The notes beneath the pieces are model-generated. The model saw nothing but the letters and a program-made list of their open reading frames with translations, was not told where the DNA came from and searched no databases. Shown here piece by piece: positions 1 to 10,167 of a stretch of 64,000 nucleotides of DNA. This DNA comes from Utricularia gibba (taxonomy: Eukaryota > Plantae > Magnoliophyta), in contig NEEC01000020.1 in NCBI GenBank assembly GCA_002189035.1, positions 434,001-498,000 of the forward strand, read 5' to 3'. The translations under genes and the position numbers were made by a program. The stretch's first letter is position 1; each line of letters opens with the position of its first letter.

Positions 1-474
1 AATGATTAATTTTTTTAATTATAGTATGTAAATGATGAGAATATTTGGATTGAAAATTATTATTATAGATTATAAAGTGTTTATTGAATCCAAAATTATA
101 TGAATTTATTTAAAATTAACTATTCATTTACTTTACTTAATATTATTTAACTTTAATTTTATTGTTACTGATTAAATATTATTCAAAAAAATTAATATAT
201 TTATATTACATTTATTTAAATTCAAGTAAGTTAAAATTTTTTTAGAGCCATTATGTCATTTAAAATATTTAAAATTCAGGTATTTAGAAAATATTGGGAA
301 GTATTTCAAATCCCTAATTTGCAAAATGGGGTGCTTAAATAATTTTTCTTTTACCATCTTCCTCCTCCGGTGCAGGTGTCTGAGTTGCTTGGGGATCTAC
401 CTGTAGGATTGAGATCAAGATCGGGATTCAGCACGGCGTCTTTGGTTTGAGAAAAAGATCTTGTGACCCGAGAA

Positions 475-1760
475 ATGGAGAGAATGAACCAGGCGTTTGA
501 GAAGATGAAAATGCTGGTGGGTATGGACGTTGAGGAAGAACAGCCCCAACCTGAACCCTCCTTCCTGGATGAGATGAATCGCTCCTGCACTTTGTCGACT
601 ACGCAGGTACTTAAGCCATCTACTCGGCTACGCGATGATTGAAGAATTGGATCTCATTTTGACTTTTTCAAGTTTGATTCTTGCGGCTTTATTGTGGCTT
701 ATTGGTAAGGGTGAGGCAAAACCCTTCTTTTATTTTATCGTTGTTGTCGAGGTGTTACTCTTTTTCCTAATGATCTGACAGAGGCTTTATGGGTTTGCGA
801 TTTGCTTAGCGGCTGGTATAACTTGCACTTTCTTGGTAAGTAAATTTCAGCGGACCCTGAGACAAGGGCCTCTTTTTGATTGATTATGCAGAGAGCATGA
901 TGATGAACTCCTGAAAAAATGTGCATTTAGCATCCGGTTTACCTAATGTGTTTCTTTGTTTTGCTGGAAGTCGATGCTGGTTTTCTTGAATCCAATCAAA
1001 TTTGGGATAACTTTCTCACTTGGAAATCTGCTTGCTCTGGGAAGGTTCGTATTCTGGAGTGGATAATGTAATGTATAGTTTTTCTTAACTGCATGTCATG
1101 CTTGTCTGCATTTCGAGTTAAATCACATCATCAATGCTGTCTAAGCGTCTTGTTCCATGTGAGTTAGTATGTTTCTTTGCAAAACATCAGTTCCACCAGG
1201 GAAAAGAAAAGTGTGTGGAGTGTAGAGGAGAACAAAGTTATTGCCATGAATCAGAAATTATATGCCTTTACATTGTCATTTGTCCGTTGTTTGTAATCTG
1301 TGTTGTGCACGTGAACTCGAACTCTTCATTGCTAATCACATTGTGCTTGTGGCAGCACAGCATTTCTGATAGGGCCCAAAAGACAGTTCACCATGATGCT
1401 TGACCCGATACGGATATATGCCACTGCAATATTTATTTCTAGCATCATACTTGCACTTTTTTGTGCAGTATACGTGAGTTTCTTCTGAAAGTTCTCATCT
1501 TCTTCTTCCCTGATACCCATCATCCAATTTCCTCATTTTCGGAACCAGGTCCATAACAAGCTCTTGACACTTCTCGCTATCTTGATGGAGTTTGGTGCTC
1601 TTATCTGGTATCTCTTTTTCGTATTTACAAAGTTCACCCTTGCCTGCTTCATCTCTGTCATTTTCTTCTTTCCATGTACAGGTACAGCTTAAGCTACATT
1701 CCATTTGCAAGGTCATTGGTTTCGAAAATCTTGTTCAAGTGCTTCGATTCCGAGTTCTAA
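475..1760 (+). CDS. SFT2: Got1/Sft2-like vesicle transport protein (6 exons)
   Basis: Exons spliced by eye at GT-AG sites (475-606, 782-835, 971-1044, 1356-1473, 1549-1607, 1682-1760) give MERMNQAFEKMKMLVGMD...RLYGFAICLAAGITCTFLSMLVFLNPIKFGITFSLGNLLALGSTAFLIGP...WYSLSYIPFARSLVSKILFKCFDSEF*, matching plant SFT2-like proteins. No lesions seen. Confidence 0.92.
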
Positions 1761-1874
1761 AGTGATGTTCTTGAAAAATTATCTTTTCTGAGTTTGTAAT
1801 GATATCTCTTCATGGAGGCATCCTAACTCTTCATTTCAGTTTTGAATAGTCTCACCTTATCAGTCGGACTCGAG

Positions 1875-2295
1875 TGTCACACCTCCGGTTTTTGAAGATT
1901 TCAAGGAATGATTTTGTTAGAAATGAGAATGAATAGATATAGAGGATAGCAGAAGATAGCTTTGAAATAAATTCAGAGGTTAAGTACGGTTTAGATTCCT
2001 TTAGAACAAGGTGATGTCCAGTTTCTCTTATTACAAAGATGTCATCTTTCGTAAATTCTGGTCTTCATGCACTTTGAGTTATGGAAGTTGGTGAATGAAT
2101 TCATAAGGGAGAGAAAAGTGGGGCATGGGACTGACTACACTTTTAGTAATGATATTCTTTTAGTTCATCATCCTATAGAGTGTCGATGTTGTTTGTGACG
2201 AAGAAAGATGGAACTATGTGATTGTTTGTTGACTATAGAGAACTAAATTGGATGACAATGAAGAAACGATATCTAATAACTCACACAAAGGGCCT
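1875..2295 (+). mobile_element. Degenerate Ty3/Gypsy LTR-retrotransposon fragment (reverse-transcriptase N-terminal motif)
   Basis: 2162-2295 translates as SSSSYRVSMLFVTKKDGTM*LFVDYRELNWMTMKKRY, matching the Gypsy RT signature [32 protein letters not shown].Y with one in-frame TGA. TGTCACACC at 1875 resembles a Del/Tekay-type LTR start, but that 5' boundary is tentative. Confidence 0.7.
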
Positions 2296-3887
2296 CTCAA
2301 CTATAGTTGGGCACCAGTAATAATTACCCATTAGATCTATCTTGAATCACGAGTTGACTCGTATTATTATACAATTTATATATCTTAATATGAATTGAGC
2401 TTAATTTATAAATTTTGGGCTCAATTAATTAGATTGTCTAAATCATTTAATAAAAAACATATTTTTGTTATTATTGAACTACGTTTAATATTCAATTTAT
2501 TTAACTAACAAGTTCATTCATAACTATGTACTATAGACCTGTTTTACACCTGTTTTTTACGATTGCGGTAATAGGGGTTCATTACAAGTAAATCTAACGG
2601 ATATTTGAGTTGACCCGTATTCATGTCCACCTCTAACTCTCAATATCAAATCCAAAAATAGTACTCCATATTGTGTTTAGCTAAAGCATGAGCTAAGCTA
2701 ATAGTTCAAATTGAAAAATATTACTAGATTTTGTTTTCAAAGTTACGTTTAAAATTTAGATTTGACCTTATCACATCCTTTATGTTAGATTCATGCATTA
2801 GTCACAAAGATCTTTACATGAATCTTCGATTTTTTTTTTGTTTTACATAATAATCTTGAATCTTGACCACAAAGATATTGAAGTTGATTTGGTAAACTTC
2901 GGGACTAGGGATATGTTTATTCAGTAGTTAAAGTAATGGGATTTCCACCATAAGAAAATCTTAAAAAAATGGATTGCAATGTTATACCGTACACGCATTA
3001 AATTAATTTAGTATACTTTTATTAGTATATCAAAATCAAATATCTCATATGGCATTGACCCTAGCTAGCCATTATCCAAGTCTAATTTCCAGGAAACATC
3101 CTCCTCTAGCATCCCCACCACATGTCCATATCGACTCGACTCATGTACAATATAGTATAATCCTACTAACACCCTCATCACTTAAATTAATATTCTTTGT
3201 TTTGAATTGTGCAGATACAATGACTCTTAGTATAAACCAAACAATTAATAGATTGTGAGTGGTAATATAAGTTAGAAACACTTTCCTTATATGATATTGT
3301 TCGCTTCGAACATTTAATATTAATGATTTTATATTATTTTTTTTCTAAAAAAAATGTTATTATACAAAATTAGAAAATTACATATATTTAAATATATGTT
3401 TTATTTTATTCATAACTATTATAAGATATCAACATCAAATCCCTAATTTTACATTTTTCCCATGAGCACTTTCACTACTTAATAGATGAACACAATGACT
3501 TTAAATCATAATTCATGTATATCATCTATATGAGATGAATTTGAGTGGGTTTTGGTTTCAGTTTCGGTTCGAGTTGGGTTTGGGACTTACAACAACATTA
3601 TTTTCCATTCTCTAATCCCTTTAATGATGAATTGCAACTAAGAGCATCAACCTTTCAACCAAGATATGATTCAGTGGAGCTTCTGTTTCATGTGGTCTTG
3701 GAATGTATGAGTGATGATGCAAGAAGTTGCAGCAAGTGGGCGGTTCCCTTCTTCAACCTTTTTCTGATCATTGACTTTCTCTCTCTCCCCCGGCTATGGC
3801 TTCCGCCTTTTCTCCCTGTTTAAATAATGGCACTGGTCTTCCACTTCTTCCCCAGCCGCCCACTTCCTTTCCTGCATCGTCTTCTTC

Positions 3888-3893
3888 ATGTGA
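3888..3893 (+). promoter_or_regulatory. AUG-stop minimal uORF (ATGTGA), distal, in the putative NIP5;1 leader
   Basis: ATG immediately followed by TGA, downstream of a TATA-like TTTAAATA near 3819. It lies in the mRNA only if the TSS is near 3850, which is not verified. Confidence 0.4.
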
Positions 3894-4030
3894 GCTGTCC
3901 CCGACCCCGACCGACCGGAAAGCCCTTCTCTTTAGATTCCACCGGCTGTTGAGCGGATCCCCGTTTCTCCACTCTGGGTATCTCGGATTTCCGTATTCCG
4001 TGACGCGATCGCAAAAAAAACCCGGCTGGT

Positions 4031-4036
4031 ATGTAA
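4031..4036 (+). promoter_or_regulatory. AUG-stop minimal uORF (ATGTAA) in the NIP5;1 5'UTR, candidate boron-dependent ribosome-stalling element
   Basis: ATGTAA ends 78 nt before the NIP ATG (4115). The same motif mediates boron-dependent repression of Arabidopsis NIP5;1. Confidence 0.75.
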
Positions 4037-4114
4037 TTTGCGCCTCTCCCGGATCGGAGCTCTTTCGGAAAAAGAACAAAAAAAGATTTTTTCCGGGGAC
4101 GTTGAGGCCGGGGA

Positions 4115-5630
4115 ATGGGGGATTTCGAAGCGGGGACGCCGGGGACACCCGGTACGCCGGCGCCGTTGATGGTAGGGAGGGCGAGCATCGATTCGATGTC
4201 GTATGAGCGGAAGTCGATGCCGCGGTGCCGCTGCCTGCCCGTCGACGCGCCGTCGTGGGGGACGCCAAATACGTGTCTCACCGATTTCGGCGTCCCGGAC
4301 GTTTCCCTCACCCGCAAGGTCAGTCAGTCAGTCCGCCTTCTCTTTTGATCGGAATTTCCGATGCTGGTTTTTTTTTTTCATTATTTTAATTTTTTTTATC
4401 GAATTAAAAAAGGTCAATGCCTATGTATACATTATTTTAAAAAAATTTTGAGTAGAAAAATCTTTTTTATGAATAAATTTTAAACCATTTTAATTAAATT
4501 TATAATATTATTTTTTAAAATTATTAATTATTTTACAAATAAATGGGAAAAGTTGCTATTTTTGTAACAAAGACTCATCTAATCTTGTGATAGATTCTCC
4601 TTAAAGAATGCGTACAGCCAAAGCAAAAAATAATAATAATTATTATATTAATTAAAAAAGGAGAATTTACCGAAAATTTCATAATATAATTAATTGTAAT
4701 TTAATTATTTGAAGTGTTTATTAAAATAAATTAATTCCTGGTAATGATGAATTGCAGCTTGGGGCGGAGTTCGTGGGGACGTTCATCTTGATCTTCTGCG
4801 CCACCGCGGGACCCATCGTGAACCAGAAGTACGACGGCGCCGAGAGTCTGCTCGGAAACGCAGCTTGCGCCGGCCTGGCGGTGATGATCGTGATACTTTC
4901 AACCGGCCACATTTCGGGCGCTCATCTGAACCCATCGGTCACCATCGCGTTCGCCGCCCTCCGCCACTTTCCCTGGGTCCACGTTCCGGCGTACATCGCC
5001 GCCCAGGTCTCCGCCTCCATCTGCGCTTCCTTCGCTCTCAAGGGATGCTTCAACCCCTTCCTCGGCGGCGGCGTTACTGTCCCCAGTGTCCCCACCGGCC
5101 AAGCTTTCGCCCTTGAGTTCGTCGTCACTTTCATTCTCCTCTTCGTCGTCACCGCCGTCGCCACTGATACTCGCGCGGTAACTACACCTCCACTCACTCC
5201 TCATCCACCAGAAATTAATCGGAACGGCGTTTGCTTTCCTTTTTAGGTCGGAGAACTCGCCGGAATCGCCGTCGGTGCCACTGTTTTGCTTAACATCCTT
5301 GTTGCCGGGTAATTCTAATTCTAATTAATTTAATTTTTTAAATTTTAATACATTTTTTTTATCGATTCTTTAATAAACATTAATTGGAAATTATTTTGAG
5401 TATTTAAATTCCTATATAATAATTCTAACTGGTTTCAGTACTTCTACTGGTGCGTCTATGAACCCCGTACGGACACTGGGGCCGGCGATTGCCACCGGAA
5501 ACTACAAGTCCTTGTGGATATATTTCGTCGCCCCGACTCTGGGAGCCGTCTCCGGGCCGCCGTGTACACCCTCGTCAAGCTTCGTGGAGACGACGACGTG
5601 GAAACCCGAAGCCGGAGGATCCGTCGCTAG
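4115..5630 (+). CDS. NIP5;1: NIP II-class aquaporin / boric acid channel, NIP5;1-like (4 exons; one -1 frameshift at ~5555, probably an assembly error)
   Basis: Exons 4115-4318, 4758-5177, 5247-5308, 5439-5630. N-terminal TPGTPGTP repeat, [14 protein letters not shown]|[16 protein letters not shown] and NPV loops. Restoring one G at 5554-5556 gives [26 protein letters not shown]. Confidence 0.93.
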
Positions 5631-5994
5631 TCTCCGGCTCAACGGCGCTGCTACTCCGGCGTCACCAGATCTCCGAATAATGGCCGAGGGCGATGCCGCC
5701 GTTCCGCCTCGTGTGCGATGGTCGAATAACGGGGACTGGGACGATGGATGCTTCCATGCACCTCGTCCCTTGTGCACTCCTAGTGAAGGAGACCCGTGTG
5801 TGGTATTTGGATTCATTTGTTGTGTTACATTTGGTGTCCTGGCTCTGTGTATTGTGGTAGTTGAACTTTTGTATCAATATAGCTTTGCATATTGTTAACC
5901 CAATTCAACTAATGTGGGATTCACAATATTGAAATTAAGGATAGGACGAACATACATAATATTAAATAAATACAAAAAACATGAATCGTATTAT

Positions 5995-6390
5995 AAAAGA
6001 TTAGATTCAATTAATTATTAGTGATTTATACAATCTTATATAATTAATCATATCATATTAATTTATCAACATAAGATTATTTGATTTAATATTTAACCTC
6101 TTTCTTCAATTAAGACTTGTGTTCTTTTATTATAATTAGTATTAGGATCATAAGTAGATCAAAAGAATCTAAACTATTTAAATCGTGCAGTAAGATAAAT
6201 ATTATAATACCATTTTGAAATTAATGATCTGATAAATGAGGTGAGTGCACATGTTAAACCCAAATAAATAAGAAAATAAATTATATTAAAAAAGATTAAA
6301 TCTATTCAATTATTAGTAATCTACAATTTTATATATACTTAATTATATCATATTAATTTCTAATGTGAGATTATTTGCTTTAATACATAA
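5995..6390. repeat. Degenerate ~100-bp direct repeat, two copies (~5995-6095 and ~6290-6390)
   Basis: Shared blocks AATTATTAGT.AT, CAAT.TTATATA, ATATCATATTAATTT and AGATTATTTG.TTTAATA occur in the same order in both copies. Confidence 0.6.
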
Positions 6391-6413
6391 TCCAATCTCA
6401 ATTAAATGATAAT

Positions 6414-6555
6414 CTCAATCCGAACCCCTCTAAATGTATAGAGTGTTTGGTTGGACACGATTGATGATATGCTAATAGATCCAACCTAAATCGAATTGCA
6501 ACCTCAATCCGAACATCTCAAAAATTTATGAAACATTTGGTTGCACATGATTAAC
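6414..6555. repeat. Degenerate tandem duplication, ~90-bp period
   Basis: CTCAATCCGAAC...TTTGGTTG.ACA.GATT at ~6414 and again at ~6504. Confidence 0.55.
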
Positions 6556-7498
6556 GATTCAATTGAACCATTATATTAACATATTTATCGATATTTATTA
6601 ATTCAACTCAGCCAATGTCAAGTTGACAATCCAATCATAATCTAAACGTCATCAAAATAGATACCGTTGGTTGTCGTCTTCCGTACATCTAGTAATGAGA
6701 TATAACCAAGATGTGATGAACATTTGGGAGGTCATCATCCACCCCCACCCCCACCTTGTGTAGTTTGGGACCATTTTCGGCTAGCAAACATGCAATAGAA
6801 CACAACAAAACTTATCTTGCAAAGTCGAATCGTGTCGAAAACGATTCGTCATAATCGAAAATTGATCAAAGCATAGATTTTTAAGTAAAGATGTGTTTGA
6901 TAGTTTGTTTTTAGTAATTTTAATAATTTTTTGATTTTAGTAAAATCTATTTAATAAACAGTATATATTATTTACAAATAGCATTTAATTTTAAATAAAT
7001 ATAGCTAAGGTTGTTGAGGGGCGGTGGTTGGCTAGGAGGCTGATTGTGGGATCAGATGTCCCCAAAAATTGATTTGTGTTTGATTTTGATTGTGGGATCA
7101 ATAAAACATAAGTTAGTTGTGATACTTTTTAAAAATAATAATAAATGATTTAGTTTTTTTAAAATGTTAATAATTCGTATTTGATAATAAAACTATTTTG
7201 AGTTATTTTTTTAACAAAATTTCCTTATATTTGGCGTGATGAAATAATGAAAATTTCTTTTGAATTTCTGTTTTTTTAATGATTATTAAATTTATTATCC
7301 TCATATGAAAAAAAAATAATTTAATGAACACTTTAATGAGCACTTGGGTTACCGGGAGGTTGATGGATGGGTTGTGGGATCCCGGAATTAAATGCACCTT
7401 TGGAAGGTTGGTTGATATGAGATCAACCACAACGATGAATTCCGACCCATTCCTCACCTGAATTTGCTCTCCTCGATTCTTCCGCCGCGGACACTACG

Positions 7499-8764
7499 AT
7501 GGAAATGAAGCCGCACCTACCAGTCGCCACTCGCTTCTCTTTCTTCCTATCCAGAAGACTCACCGCCGCAGGCTGCCGCCGCGACGGCACGGTGAACCGC
7601 GGCCTCCTCCACTTTTTCGACTCCTATCTGACCTCGCCGGCGTCCGCCACGCCTCGGAACGGCGTCAGGACCGCCGATTTCACTGTCGATGAGGCGCGGA
7701 AACTCTGGTTCAGGATCTTCGTCCCCACGGAGGCGGATCGCGAACGCCTCCCCGTCCTGGTGTTCTTCCACGGCGGAGGATTCGTGTACATGTCCGCCGA
7801 TTTCAAGTACTACGACGGAGTGTGCCGTCGTTTCGCTCGCAAGATCCCGGCGATTGTGGTGTCCGTGAACTACCGCCTTGCCCCCGAGCACAGGTACCCG
7901 CGCAGTACGACGACGGGTTCGACGTGCTGAAATATCTCGATCAGCGACGCGACGTTCTTCCAGAATACGCGGATTTGTCTAACTGCTTCCTCTCCGGAGA
8001 TAGCGCCGGTGCTAACCTCGCGCACCACGTGGTTAAGCGCTTCTGCGAGTCCACCGGATTCTCACGCCTACAGGCAAATCTCTCTCTCTCTCTCTCTCTC
8101 TCGGAAGTCTAATTATTATTATTTTTTTATATACAGCACATTAAATATTCTAACTGTAATTATATATATACTTTAATCTAGAAATTTAATGAAAAACCAG
8201 ATTAAAGAATAAAAAATAACCTTGCTTGTATTAATTTTATATAAACCTTAAAATAATTTTATTGTTTAATTTATTTATAATTTTGAATTGAATCGGATTC
8301 ATTTTATTTTAAAATATTATAAAATTATTGAATCATTTTGACAGATCAAGGGATTGATCTCAATCCAACCCTTCTTCGGCGGCGAAGAGAGGACCAAATC
8401 GGAGATCGAGCTGGCGGAGGTGGACCCCCTGCTCTCCATAGAGAAGACGGACTGGATGTGGCGGGCGGTGCTCCCCGACTCCGACCGCGACCACGAATCG
8501 ATAAACGTGAGCGGCCCCCGGGCGGCGGACATCTCGCGCCTGCAGAGCTTCCCCCCGACCCTGGTCGTGATCGGCGGCTTCGACACCCTCAAGGATTGGC
8601 AGCGGCGGTACTACGAGTGGCTCAAGAACTCCGGCAAGGAGGCGCAGCTCCTGGAGTACCCCAACATGGTCCACGCCTTCTACGTGTTCCCGGAGCTGCC
8701 GGAGTCCTCCCAACTCATCGCAGAGGTGAAGGACTTCATTGGGCTACGCTTCTCCAAGGCCTGA
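7499..8764 (+). CDS. Carboxylesterase, CXE/GID1-like alpha/beta hydrolase (CXE18-like; 2 exons; -1 frameshift at ~7900)
   Basis: HGGGF oxyanion motif, [14 protein letters not shown] nucleophile, GGFD and HAF catalytic Asp/His. Restoring one G at 7900 gives HRYPAQYDDG. Intron 8074-8344 has a likely GC donor. Confidence 0.9.
8079..8102. repeat. (CT)n microsatellite in the CXE intron
   Basis: Uninterrupted CT/TC dinucleotide run. Confidence 0.9.
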
Positions 8765-10167
8765 GTAGGCGTAGCATGTGTTGGTTGCGTCGGTCCCCCC
8801 TTTCCCCTCCATTTAAACCAGTGTCGGGAAGGTGTGTTATTTGAAAACGATAAAGGCGTAACATTTCGCTTCTGCTGTCACTATCATTGTTTTAAATGAA
8901 AAAAAATATTCCCATCACATATTAGTGAAATTATCGAGAAATAAAAATAATAGTAAAAATTCTCTCAAAATTTTGTGTTTTGGTTAAAATCTGAAATTCA
9001 AAATCTTTTCGAAGTGAAAACATTGTTATTAAAATTCATTGAAGTGATTTTGTCTAATTTTTTTTTTCTAAAGTTAAATCTTTATATATTATTTTGAAAA
9101 AATAGATATTTAGATTTCAGGATTAGCTTAGAAAACTATAAAATTATTTATTTATTAAATAAAAATTATTCTATAAACTTCTTACATAATCTAAAAATAT
9201 ATTTATTCTTTTGCATTAAACTATAATAACGATTTAATTTACTATTTTTCATTCACATGTGATGTAATTTACTAAAATTTGCAATATATTTATTCTTTTC
9301 CATATCAAAAAAATTTTATAATTTGAAAATTGACTGTATTTATAAAATTTTAAAATTAGTTCTATTCTATTGAATATTATAAACAAATTAAAAACTTAGA
9401 ATCCACCCATAGAAATATAAATGGTTTTAATATTTAGAAACGGTAATCATATTATATTATACATGAATAATTACATTTACGTAAATAATTTTTTAATTTT
9501 CAAATCCAAATTTTAATACAAACCTTCGTAATTAAAACAAAGTTAACTGAGATTAAACAGATTATATCCTGTTAATTATTTAAATAACACAATTTTAACG
9601 TCGTTTTATAACAATATATTTATATTTTATTCTTAATAAATTTTGAATTTTTTGAATCAAAATATTAAATTTAGAGGCAGCAGCAAAAATACCAGTAATT
9701 TATAAACTTTGATAAAAAAGGAAAAAAAACACGCGCATAGTGAAAATTGCGCAAACGGTCTTCTGGAGGTCGCTTCCACTCAACGGAGGTCCGAAAGCGT
9801 ACAAAAGATTGCAGCTTTCAGTGGAGTCACCGAGCTTCTACTTCCTTGTCGTTTTTCCCCCAGCGGAAATCTATTTCCGGCCACTGCTCTCCGGGCGAAG
9901 TCTGCTTGCTAATTGGCGCCACGCATTTTGAGAGTAGACGTCCCGTGAAGGGATGACATCTCTTTAGTTGGAGCCGTTGGGGTTGTGGGGTTCTGAAGAA
10001 TCCCTCAGTGACGATTGCAGATCTGCATTTTTTTTTTCTGGTTGGGTTTATTTGTTTCTGCTTTTTGAGTGGTTGTGATCGTGGTGCGGTTCTTGGGGGT
10101 TCTGATTGGTTTTGGAAATGCATTGTTCTGTTCTCTGCTGGTTTTAGGGTGGTTTGCGTTTAGTTGA

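Noticed and set aside
896-915. C/D-box snoRNA candidates (ATGATGA...CTGA in SFT2 intron 2; ATGATGA at ~13939 in SPK1)
   Set aside because: The boxes are too close together or lack a D box and terminal stem; no support.
5554-5556. NIP, CXE, SPK1, protease, LEA_2 and UGT80 as pseudogenes because of frameshifts
   Set aside because: Each lesion is one missing G/C in a short run, with full conservation on both sides and no extra stops. This fits sequencing consensus error better than decay.
8880-9700. Extremely AT-rich spacers as organellar insertions or horizontally acquired DNA
   Set aside because: No tRNA, rRNA or organellar gene similarity seen, and the same composition recurs in every intergenic region of the window.
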